A stretch of 20,000 nucleotides of DNA from an uncultured virus (IMG/VR IMGVR_UViG_3300042508_000149) (lineage: Duplodnaviria; Heunggongvirae; Uroviricota; Caudoviricetes), in IMG/VR virus record IMGVR_UViG_3300042508_000149. The stretch is one strand, 5' to 3'. Of the stretch, positions 7,846 to 15,579 are shown piece by piece (the stretch's first letter is position 1; the number at the start of each line of letters is the position of its first letter). The translations under genes and the position numbers were made by a program. The notes beneath the pieces were generated by a model that saw nothing but the letters and a program-made list of their open reading frames with translations, did not search any database and was not told the origin of the DNA.

Positions 7846-8328
7846 ATGGCTGTTACAGCAACCCCAATTTTTGTACAAACGCCAAATGTTGGCGCGTTGA
7901 ATGCTGTTCTTTCAACAGCAATGACAAACACTAAAGCATTTGATGGAACTGAGACTGCTGGAACAGGAATGGTCTTATGCTTCACGGCAGGTGCGGATGG
8001 CGCAAGGATAGATCAGATTAATTGCAGGCTCGCTTCTACAAATGGAGCAACCGCATCGGGAACAAGCAATGCGACCGTGGTAAGGTTTTGGCTCAATAAC
8101 GGCTCTGCAAATACAACGGCTGGAAACAATATCTTCATTGGTGAGGTTGCAATTCCTGCTACAGCAGTCACTGCTTTAGGAACGTCAGCGTTAACTGTTT
8201 ATCCGTTCTCTATAGCAACGGGTGGATTGAACATTCCAGCTACTTATCGTGTGTACGCAGGTCTTACGGTGGCCGCAGGTGGCACTAACATTGGTATAGC
8301 TGTATCGGCTCTCGGAGGGAATTACTAA
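7846..8328 (+). CDS. Tail-fibre-associated hypothetical protein
   Basis: GGAG RBS upstream; 160 aa, beta-rich. Lies between the fibre and the Gly-rich gene, with TAATG coupling to the latter. Confidence 0.65.
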   Translation: MAVTATPIFVQTPNVGALNAVLSTAMTNTKAFDGTETAGTGMVLCFTAGADGARIDQINCRLASTNGATASGTSNATVVRFWLNNGSANTTAGNNIFIGEVAIPATAVTALGTSALTVYPFSIATGGLNIPATYRVYAGLTVAAGGTNIGIAVSALGGNY

Positions 8329-9527
8329 TGAACTCATTGCAGCCATCGGCGTTTAACCTTGCGCCACCGCCGACGCTGCAATGGCAGCCGGTACAAATAA
8401 ATAATTTTTACGCCGTAGCTGGAAGAGCCTACCCAGTCAATACGACAAGCGGAGTAATTACAGCAACGCTGCCACTTGATCCTTCTCCTGGCGACTTGGT
8501 CACTTTTACTGATTATGCTGGAACCTTTGCTACGAATGGGTTATCCATCAATCCAAACGGGTCAAAAATAAATGGCGCAGCAACTCTTTTTAGCGTTGTT
8601 GGGAAAAGGCAGTCTGTACAAATTGTTTACACAGACGAAACACAAGGCTGGATAACATATGCAGCCGTATCCTCAGAAGTTCTTTTTGGTCCTCCTGCCA
8701 CGGTAGAAGTTCTGGTTGTTGCTGGCGGCGCATCTGGTGGTACTTCATACGGCGCTGGCGGCGGCGCTGGTGGCTATCGAACAAACTCATCTTTCTCAGT
8801 TGCCGCTGGAACAAGCTATACCGTTACCGTTGGTGGTGGCGGCGCAGCGAGAACATCCGGCTCCGCTCAAGGGGCCAATGGCTCAGATTCCGTTTTTAGT
8901 ACCATTACATCTTCTGGCGGTGGCGGTGGCGGGCCAGTCAATAATAACGGATCAAATGGAGGCTCAGGCGGCGGTGGGGGTGGCTGGATTAGCGCTCCTG
9001 CTGGAGCTGGCGGATCAGGAAATACACCTTCCACATCACCAAGCCAAGGTAATAATGGGGGCGCTGGATTTACTGGTGGTGGGAATCGTGGTGCTGGTGG
9101 TGGTGGTGGCGCTGGGGCTGTTGGAACTGCTGGTAATACAACGTCAGGTGGAGCAGGAGGTAATGGATCGGCCAACTCAATAACAGGTCCTTCTGTCACT
9201 TATGCAGGTGGCGGAGGCGGTGGAAATATTGGCTCTGGAAATCCTGCGTCTGGTGGAACAGGGGGTGGTGGAACAGGAGGCGGAACCGGAACATCGGGTA
9301 CAGCAGGTACTGCTAACTTAGGCGGTGGCGGTGGTGGAACAGGTGATATTTCCGGCGGAAGCGCGAGTGGTGCTGGTGGTAGTGGTGTAGTAATTATTGC
9401 CTATCAAAGTTCCTTTGCTAATTTAACATCAATAGGCGCAGGGCTGACTTATTCGCTTGATACCTCAACACGCTCTGGATACAAAGTTTATAAGTTTACT
9501 GCCGGAACTGGCACGATCTCATGGTAA
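8328..9527 (+). CDS. Glycine-rich domain protein (tail-fibre tip / adhesin-like)
   Basis: N-terminal Y.VNTTSG.IT.TLP..PS.GD.V...DYAGTF domain, then VEVLVVAGG.SGG, GAGGGAGGY, YAGGGGGG, ANLGGGGGG and GGSGVVII motifs characteristic of phage Gly-rich domains. Confidence 0.8.
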   Translation: MNSLQPSAFNLAPPPTLQWQPVQINNFYAVAGRAYPVNTTSGVITATLPLDPSPGDLVTFTDYAGTFATNGLSINPNGSKINGAATLFSVVGKRQSVQIVYTDETQGWITYAAVSSEVLFGPPATVEVLVVAGGASGGTSYGAGGGAGGYRTNSSFSVAAGTSYTVTVGGGGAARTSGSAQGANGSDSVFSTITSSGGGGGGPVNNNGSNGGSGGGGGGWISAPAGAGGSGNTPSTSPSQGNNGGAGFTGGGNRGAGGGGGAGAVGTAGNTTSGGAGGNGSANSITGPSVTYAGGGGGGNIGSGNPASGGTGGGGTGGGTGTSGTAGTANLGGGGGGTGDISGGSASGAGGSGVVIIAYQSSFANLTSIGAGLTYSLDTSTRSGYKVYKFTAGTGTISW

Positions 9528-10117
9528 CTCACGGTCTTTTTGCTCAACCCGTAAGCATGTTTGAACGTCAAATTACTGACGAGGAAAAAGCATTGATTAT
9601 GGGCTTAGACACAAGGCCAAATATGGGGAACATGACATCAACAGATAATTTCGTTTTACGTCGCACCGGCCTTACTGATTTACGATCATGGATTGAGGAT
9701 TGTATTGCTGAATATTTCAAAGCAACTGTCAATCCGAGACATGATGTAAGTTTGAGAGTCACGCAAAGCTGGGTGAACTATAGCGACCAAGGTCAATACC
9801 ACCACAAACATGCTCATCCTAATTCGTTGGTTTCTGGCGTGTTTTACGTGCAAACAAATCCTGATGACCGCATCTATTTTTATCGCGCAGGCTATCAGCA
9901 AATCAAACTGCCTACATTGGAGTGGAATACATGGAACTCTGAAAGCTGGTGGTTTGAGGCTATTACGGGGCGATTGATTTTATTCCCTTCAAGTCTTGAA
10001 CATATGGTTCCAACGGTTGAGGGTGAACAGACTAGAGTTTCTCTATCGTTCAATACGTTTCCGGTTGGCATGGTGGGCGAGGAAATGGATTTAACTGGGC
10101 TAAGGCTGGAGGCATAA
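9521..10117 (+). CDS. Putative 2OG-Fe(II) oxygenase (TIGR02466-like)
   Basis: SWVN....G.YHHKHAHPNSLVSGVFY, GRLILFPSSLEHMV and R.SLSFN give an HxH...H metal triad and an RxS 2-oxoglutarate-binding motif of the double-stranded beta-helix fold. Confidence 0.85.
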   Translation: MVTHGLFAQPVSMFERQITDEEKALIMGLDTRPNMGNMTSTDNFVLRRTGLTDLRSWIEDCIAEYFKATVNPRHDVSLRVTQSWVNYSDQGQYHHKHAHPNSLVSGVFYVQTNPDDRIYFYRAGYQQIKLPTLEWNTWNSESWWFEAITGRLILFPSSLEHMVPTVEGEQTRVSLSFNTFPVGMVGEEMDLTGLRLEA

Positions 10118-10489
10118 ATGGCTCATTACGCATTGTTAGATAAAAACGGAATTGTCGTTCAAGTCATTACTGGCAAAGACGAGAACGAAGGTATTTATGA
10201 TTGGGAGCAATGGTATTCAGCCGAAACAAGACTGACTGCTAAACGCACTAGCTACAACACTTATGGCGGCATCCACCGTCTCGGTGGCGTACCTTTCAGA
10301 AAAAATTATGCTGCTATTGGAGATAAATACGATGCAGAGCGTGATGCTTTTGTTTCTCCACAACCCTATCCTTCTTGGCTTCTCAATGAACAAACTTGCG
10401 TATGGGAGCCACCAGTAGCGATGCCTGATGATGGCAAGCTGTATCAGTGGGATGAAGCAACAACAAGCTGGGTGGAAGTAAATGCCTGA
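10118..10489 (+). CDS. Conserved phage protein, possibly tail-fibre assembly/chaperone
   Basis: GGAGG RBS upstream. MAHYALLD....V.QVI, RTSYNT, FRKNYA..G..YD..RDAF..PQPYPSW.L....C.WEPPV.MP.DG..Y.WDE....W is a recognisable family usually found beside Gly-rich genes. Confidence 0.7.
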   Translation: MAHYALLDKNGIVVQVITGKDENEGIYDWEQWYSAETRLTAKRTSYNTYGGIHRLGGVPFRKNYAAIGDKYDAERDAFVSPQPYPSWLLNEQTCVWEPPVAMPDDGKLYQWDEATTSWVEVNA

Positions 10490-10640
10490 TCAAATCATCA
10501 AACTAGAACTTACCATCCAAGAGGTTAACCATCTGCTTTCGCTTATGGGTAACTTACCTTTTGTACAGGTTGCTCATTTGATAGCTAAGATTAAAGAGCA
10601 AGGCGAGCCCCAAGTAACACAGGAAATTAGTGAGCCCTAG
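10482..10640 (+). CDS. Small hypothetical phage protein, 52 aa (not in supplied ORF track)
   Basis: ATG 10482 overlaps the previous gene end; TAG 10638-10640. Translation MPDQIIKLELTIQEVNHLLSLMGNLPFVQVAHLIAKIKEQGEPQVTQEISEP, an amphipathic helix-turn-helix-like pattern. It fills the intergenic gap. Confidence 0.75.
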   Translation: MPDQIIKLELTIQEVNHLLSLMGNLPFVQVAHLIAKIKEQGEPQVTQEISEP

Positions 10641-10642
10641 CC

Positions 10643-11059
10643 GTGGACGACAAAACCCACGAACTAGCGGTTCTTAAAGCACAAGCCAAGATCAGGCTTG
10701 AAGAGCTTAAAGCACAAGACTCGGCCAAAGAAGTAGCAGGCAAAGCCATCGGTGAAGATGGCTTACTGTATATCTTCCTAATCGTGCTTGTGGGTGTTGG
10801 CGCATCGTTATTCCTTGAAGGTGAAAAGATTGCTGCTGTCATGGGTTTGCTCGGTGCATCACTGACTGCACTCATTCAAATGCTAAACGGTATTGCTGGC
10901 ACTGCTGCGAAACAGGAAAGGCCAGAGTTTGAGGTCATCAAAGATTTGATCCACCGTCTTGACAAGCTAGACCGTGCCGAGCAACCCATGCAAGTGGACG
11001 TTGAAGGAAGCAAAGTCACGGTCAAAAAAGGCGCAGATCAAATTACCGCAAAGGGGTAA
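10643..11059 (+). CDS. Two-TM membrane protein, possible holin/antiholin
   Basis: GTG start. Hydrophobic segments GLLYIFLIVLVGVGASLFL and IAAVMGLLGASLTALIQML. Directly upstream of a holin-like gene and the lysozyme. Confidence 0.55.
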   Translation: MDDKTHELAVLKAQAKIRLEELKAQDSAKEVAGKAIGEDGLLYIFLIVLVGVGASLFLEGEKIAAVMGLLGASLTALIQMLNGIAGTAAKQERPEFEVIKDLIHRLDKLDRAEQPMQVDVEGSKVTVKKGADQITAKG

Positions 11060-11061
11060 TC

Positions 11062-11565
11062 ATGCTCTCACTTCTCTCCACCCTTGGTGGGTTGCTGATC
11101 TCAGGCTTGCCAAAGCTACTTGATTACTTCCAAAACAAAGCCGACCAAGCCCATGAGCTTGAACTTGCAAGGATGCAGTCAGAGCGTGAACTCGCGCTTG
11201 CTAAGGAAGGTTACATTGCCCAGCAGCGTGTGGAAGAGATCCGCACCGACCAGATCGCTATGCAAACTGACGCTCAAATGACAGTTGCAGCACTGGATCA
11301 CGACAAGCAGATTATTGAGAAGTCTAGCAAGTGGGTGGTGAATTACATTGGTACGGTGCGGCCTAACGTCACTTACTTGCTCATCTTGGAACTCATTGCT
11401 ATCAACGCTGTGCTTGCGTATTACGTTTGGCAGCACCCGCACCTTGTGCAGAACATTGACGATCTGATCCGAGTCAGCGCCATTATCTTTTCCGACGATG
11501 AGATGGCAATGCTTGGCGGCATCATTGGATTTTGGTTCGGCTCCCGTAGTTGGCAGAAAAAATGA
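11062..11565 (+). CDS. Putative holin (3TM / GTA-holin-like)
   Basis: Hydrophobic N-terminus, coiled segment, W......VRP.VTY followed by a TM, and C-terminal MLGGIIGFWFGSRSWQKK. ATGA-coupled to the lysozyme. Confidence 0.65.
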   Translation: MLSLLSTLGGLLISGLPKLLDYFQNKADQAHELELARMQSERELALAKEGYIAQQRVEEIRTDQIAMQTDAQMTVAALDHDKQIIEKSSKWVVNYIGTVRPNVTYLLILELIAINAVLAYYVWQHPHLVQNIDDLIRVSAIIFSDDEMAMLGGIIGFWFGSRSWQKK

Positions 11566-12077
11566 AGACCGGGCAGGCTGGCATTGACTTGATGCACAGT
11601 TTTGAAGGTAAGAGTCTTAAACCTTATTTATGCCCTGCTCATATTTGGACGATTGGTTACGGCCACGTTTTATACCAAGATCAGATCAAGTTACCTGTAT
11701 TGAGGAAAGATGGCTATACCGGCATCCTTCGCAAGGACTACCCGCTCGCAGCCCAAGATAATCGCGCTTGGACGCAAGAGGAGATTGATCGCCTTTTTGA
11801 GGATGATCTCGTCCGTTTTGAACGCAGTGTTCTTAGAATGTCTCCTAATCTTGCTGGCCGTCAGTCAAGCTTCGACGCTGTGGTCAGTTTTGCGTTCAAC
11901 GCTGGACCTGGGCGTTATCAAAGCTCTACGATAAGAATGAAGAACAATCGCGGTGACTATGAAGGCGCAGCAGAAGCGTTTATGATGTGGACTATGGGCG
12001 GCGGCAAAGTGTTACCGGGATTGGTGCGCCGCCGCAGAGCTGAAAAAGCGTTGTACCTACGGGGTGAATTTAAATGA
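11562..12077 (+). CDS. Phage lysozyme / endolysin (GH24 family); start revised to ATG 11562
   Basis: FEG.SLKPYLCPA.IWTIGYGH gives an E-x8-C-x5-T catalytic triad. Also FDAVVSFAFN.G and W..GGGKVLPGLVRRR.AE..LY. ATGA overlap with the holin stop. Confidence 0.92.
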   Translation: MKTGQAGIDLMHSFEGKSLKPYLCPAHIWTIGYGHVLYQDQIKLPVLRKDGYTGILRKDYPLAAQDNRAWTQEEIDRLFEDDLVRFERSVLRMSPNLAGRQSSFDAVVSFAFNAGPGRYQSSTIRMKNNRGDYEGAAEAFMMWTMGGGKVLPGLVRRRRAEKALYLRGEFK

Positions 12078-12759
12078 GTCCTTTGCGTTTGTCCCAGTAC
12101 GCTTTCTTGGCCGCAGCTAATTTAGCGCGGTATTCAGGTGTATCAAAAGCAGCGCGTTTAGCCGCATACTCAGGTGAAGCCATCGTTGCCTTAAGGCGTT
12201 CTTTACGTTGGGCTAGAGCTACTGGGTCGGACATTTTTTCTCTGCGTTTGCCTTGTGCGTCTCGGATACCTTCAATCCGTTTGGCATCGAACTCGGGGTC
12301 TTTGCCGTTGCGCTCTCCCCAAGACTTCATGTGTTCATTCTTTAATAAATTTGCACGCAACACTTCTTTTGTTGACTCTGTGAGATCTCGTGTTTTACCA
12401 ACTCTTGGGTCTATGGTTGCAGTTCGGTACTCAGGTGTTTTCCAAAGATCAACAAGTTTTTGTTTTGTTTCGTCACTGGTTTTATGAAACTCACCACCAG
12501 CAGATATATTGGTCAAAGTACCGCCGTCCCTGATGCGGCCAAACTTTGCTATGAACATTTGCTCCATGGACTTAGCTTCATCGGCGTTTGCAACAGTATG
12601 TATTTCAACAACAACCGAATCAGCTCCAAGATCAGCAAGTTTTTGCAAACATCCTTTGTTGCGATGGCACTTTGCCTTGGGGTTAGTCCTTCCAAGGGTG
12701 CTACCCATGCCAACATAAAAAGGGACGCCATTTGGGTCTTTCCAAATATAAACGTACAT
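12070..12759 (-). CDS. Free-standing GIY-YIG (homing) endonuclease, 229 aa; start revised from 13026 to ATG 12759
   Basis: MYVYIWKD....PFYVGMG....R, conserved E (EAKSMEQMFI) and N (LTNISAGGE), followed by NUMOD3-like TSDETKQKL / LTESTKEVLR and a basic helical tail. GGAGA RBS lies 5 nt upstream of the ATG on the - strand. Confidence 0.85.
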   Translation of the reverse strand: MYVYIWKDPNGVPFYVGMGSTLGRTNPKAKCHRNKGCLQKLADLGADSVVVEIHTVANADEAKSMEQMFIAKFGRIRDGGTLTNISAGGEFHKTSDETKQKLVDLWKTPEYRTATIDPRVGKTRDLTESTKEVLRANLLKNEHMKSWGERNGKDPEFDAKRIEGIRDAQGKRREKMSDPVALAQRKERLKATMASPEYAAKRAAFDTPEYRAKLAAAKKAYWDKRKGLI

Positions 12760-12794
12760 GGTGTTCTCCGTGTTAAGGTAGGAGAATTTTAGCA
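12760..12794. promoter_or_regulatory. Divergent control region: two opposed RBSs forming an inverted repeat plus a candidate extended -10 promoter for the endonuclease
   Basis: TTCTCC (12764-12769) and GGAGAA (12781-12786) form an inverted repeat with an 11-nt loop. The - strand reads TGcTAAAAT (complement of 12786-12794), a TGn plus 5/6 match to TATAAT. Confidence 0.5.
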
Positions 12795-14941
12795 TGCCAT
12801 TGCAAAAAATACTTGCAAAACCAGGATGCAATCGCGAAAACACGAGATACACCAACGAAGGTGGGTGGTACTCATCAGATAAGGTGCGTTTTCGCCAAGG
12901 AACGCCAGAAAAGATTGGCGGGTGGGCGCGTATCTCTGTCAATACTTTCCTTGGAACATGCCGATCATTATGGAACTGGGTGACTCTGACAGCCAACAAT
13001 CTGATGGGCGTTGGAACCAGTGACAAATACTATATAGAGAGCGGTGGCGCATACAATGACATAACGCCGTTGCGGCAATATAACTACACGGCCACGCTGA
13101 CCAATCCTTTTAGTACAACGAGTGGCGATGCAACTGTGTCGGTGAGTGACACGGCGCATGGTGCAACGGCAGGCGATCTTGTTTATTTTTCCGGTGCCAC
13201 CACGGTAGGCGGCATTCCGGCGGCTGAACTAAATACACGTCATGTCATTACGTCCATTACTGACGCAAACACGTATGTAATTACTGTCACTACAACGGCA
13301 TCGAGTACAGCCTCTGGCGGAGGAACGGTTACCGCCGAGTATTACATTGATGCTGTATTGCTTGGGAACAATCCTTTTGCAACGACAAACGGATCTACCA
13401 CGGTTACCGTCACTGCTGCTACACATGGCGGACAGACAGGCGACTACGTTACGTTTTCAGGTGCGACAACAGTTGCCGGACTGGATCTGAATAACGAATA
13501 CAAGATTACAGTAACCAATGCAAGCGCCTATACCATCACTGCTGCAACGGCCGCCAATGCCACAACCAGCGGCGGCGGGTCTTCCGTCAGGGCTGAGTAT
13601 CAAATAACCATCGGCCCCGCCTCTCAAGTGGCGCAAGTTGGCTGGGGCGCAGGCGGGTGGGGTTCTGGCCTTTGGGGTGGTGTTGGTGTTTTTGTGCCAG
13701 ATGCTATGCGCCTTTGGTCGGCTATGAATTTTGGAGAGGATTTGGTATTTGGTCCTCGTGGCGGTGGCGTCTATTACTGGGATGCAACCAATGGATTGCC
13801 AACACGTGGCGTCAATATTGAAACGCTACCAGGCGCATTAGACACGCCGGTAATTCAAAACCTAGTTTTTGTTTCAGATATTTATCGGTTTGTGTTTTGC
13901 TTTGGCGCAAATGATACTGGTACTACGACACAAGATCCTATGCTCATACGCTGGGCTGACCAGGAGTCTGTAACAGATTGGCTCCCATCTGCCGCCAATC
14001 AGGCTGGATCGCTGCGCCTTTCTCATGGGTCAAAGATTATTGCTGTCGCACAAACACGCCAAGAGATCTTGGTATGGACGGACACGGCGCTTTATTCCTT
14101 GCAATACCTAGGCGCTCCTCTTGTATGGGGTGCTCAATTGCTGGGCGACAACATCTCCATTGTTGGCCCTAATGCAGTATCGGTCGCTACGGGCATAGCC
14201 TTCTGGATGGGTGTTGATAAGTTTTATATGTATGACGGACGGGTGCAAACGCTTCAATGCGACCTGCGTAAATACGTTTACCAAGATATAAATTCCACGC
14301 AGTATCTCCAATACTTCTCTGGCACCAACGAGGGGTTCAATGAGATATGGTGGTTTTACGCATCGGCTAGCAGCAACGATATTGATAGGTACGTTGTCTA
14401 CAATTACCTTGAGCGTATTTGGTATTACGGCACTATGGCCAGGACCGCTTGGGTAGATGCTGGGTTGCGTGATTATCCAGTGGCCGCTACCTACAGCAAC
14501 AACTTGGTAAATCATGAGTATGGTAACGACGATAATGTTACTGGAGAGCCGCAAGCAATTAATGCTTACATAGAATCAGCAGAGTTTGATATTCAAGACG
14601 GCCACAATATTGGTTTCGTATGGCGCGTTCTGCCGGATATTACGTTCAGCGGAACCAGCCAATCTAATCCAAATCCAGCGGTAACCATGACGCTTATCCC
14701 GATGATGAACTCAGGATCTGGATATAACAGTCCGCAGTCTCTTGGTGGATCAAGCTCGGCGGCGGTTGCTCGCACAACGACGACCAACATAGAGCAGTTT
14801 ACTGGGCAGGTGTATGTAAGGGTGCGTGGCCGCCAGTTAATCTTTAAGGTTGAGTCAACAGACCTTGGCAGTGCATGGCAACTTGGATCTCCGCGGTTCG
14901 ATATCCGTGGGGACGGTAGAGCTACCGGGAGAGGTGCGTGA
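12794..14941 (+). CDS. Tail nozzle / tail tubular protein B-like (DNA stabilisation) protein with two inserted repeat domains
   Basis: AGGAG RBS at 12780-12784. 715 aa; N-terminal EGGW...DKVRFRQG.PEKIGGW, propeller-like aromatic beta repeats (GVYYWD, PMLIRWADQE, EILVWTD, AFWMG, FNEIWWFY) and C-terminal RVRGRQ...W.LG.PR.D. Precedes the ejection genes. Confidence 0.75.
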   Translation: MPLQKILAKPGCNRENTRYTNEGGWYSSDKVRFRQGTPEKIGGWARISVNTFLGTCRSLWNWVTLTANNLMGVGTSDKYYIESGGAYNDITPLRQYNYTATLTNPFSTTSGDATVSVSDTAHGATAGDLVYFSGATTVGGIPAAELNTRHVITSITDANTYVITVTTTASSTASGGGTVTAEYYIDAVLLGNNPFATTNGSTTVTVTAATHGGQTGDYVTFSGATTVAGLDLNNEYKITVTNASAYTITAATAANATTSGGGSSVRAEYQITIGPASQVAQVGWGAGGWGSGLWGGVGVFVPDAMRLWSAMNFGEDLVFGPRGGGVYYWDATNGLPTRGVNIETLPGALDTPVIQNLVFVSDIYRFVFCFGANDTGTTTQDPMLIRWADQESVTDWLPSAANQAGSLRLSHGSKIIAVAQTRQEILVWTDTALYSLQYLGAPLVWGAQLLGDNISIVGPNAVSVATGIAFWMGVDKFYMYDGRVQTLQCDLRKYVYQDINSTQYLQYFSGTNEGFNEIWWFYASASSNDIDRYVVYNYLERIWYYGTMARTAWVDAGLRDYPVAATYSNNLVNHEYGNDDNVTGEPQAINAYIESAEFDIQDGHNIGFVWRVLPDITFSGTSQSNPNPAVTMTLIPMMNSGSGYNSPQSLGGSSSAAVARTTTTNIEQFTGQVYVRVRGRQLIFKVESTDLGSAWQLGSPRFDIRGDGRATGRGA

Positions 14942-15576
14942 TTTATTTAGATAGTCCGCAGCCGCCAAACCTGCCATATGCTCCGCAGCAATGGAGCCCT
15001 CAATATCAAGAGCAGTTGAATAACGCGCTACGTCTTTACTTCAATAGACTAAGCAATGCGACGCAGTTTTTGCTGGGGCCTGATGGCGGCAGGTTTATGA
15101 GCAATCCGTTTGGTGCATGGTCAAGCGACTCTGATCAGACTGCTAGTAGTACGACTGTTGCGTATGCGATTACGTTTGATGTAACGGATGTGGCAGACAG
15201 CGTTTACCTTGCTAATAGCTCTCAGATGACTGCCACGTATCCTGGGGTCTACAATTTGCAATTTAGTATTCAGTTTGCAAATACAGACACACAGATACAT
15301 GATGTGGATGTATGGGCGGCTATAAATGGCTCTAACCTGTCGAATTCCAATTCTCGCTTCTCCGTGCCAAATAGCCATGGCGGGGTCGATGGCCACACAA
15401 TTGCTGCTTTAAATCTTTTCCTTACTATGCAATCGGGTGATTATGTGGAGCTTTATTGGTGTACCGACAATACGGGTGTACGTATTGAGCACATAGCGGC
15501 GGCTTCATCACCAACCAGGCCTGCGACGCCATCAGTGATAGCGACTATGGCCTTTGTTTCATCAGTACCGGAGTAA
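14938..15576 (+). CDS. Tail-associated protein with N-terminal helix and C1q/TNF-like C-terminal domain
   Basis: GTGA overlap with the previous stop. P.LP.AP..W...Y..QLN..LRLYFN.L N-terminus, then PGVYNLQFSIQF...L..GDYVELYW, a jelly-roll C1q-like signature. Confidence 0.6.
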   Translation: MIYLDSPQPPNLPYAPQQWSPQYQEQLNNALRLYFNRLSNATQFLLGPDGGRFMSNPFGAWSSDSDQTASSTTVAYAITFDVTDVADSVYLANSSQMTATYPGVYNLQFSIQFANTDTQIHDVDVWAAINGSNLSNSNSRFSVPNSHGGVDGHTIAALNLFLTMQSGDYVELYWCTDNTGVRIEHIAAASSPTRPATPSVIATMAFVSSVPE

Positions 15577-15579
15577 ATC

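Noticed and set aside
12074..12792. + strand ORFs 12074-12487, 12460-12792 and 12509-12718
   Set aside because: They are shadows of the - strand endonuclease and have no recognisable motifs. ATG 12074 does overlap the lysozyme stop, but the product looks like antisense translation.
12061..12796. Group I intron or target-site duplication around the endonuclease (GGGGTGAATTTAAATG versus GGAGAATTTTAGCATG)
   Set aside because: Both flanking genes appear intact, and there is no non-coding space for a ribozyme core. The junction similarity is weak and explainable by RBS-spacer-ATG composition.
12800..12820. Direct repeat TTGCAAAA x2 just upstream of the candidate antisense promoter (possible operator or -35)
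   Set aside because: It lies in coding sequence (LQK..LAK), and its spacing to the -10 (8 or 21 nt) does not fit a -35. There is no independent support.
12760..13026. 89-codon N-terminal extension of the endonuclease given by the ORF track (start 13026)
   Set aside because: It overlaps the nozzle gene antisense. The GIY-YIG motif starts at the Met at 12759, which has its own RBS.
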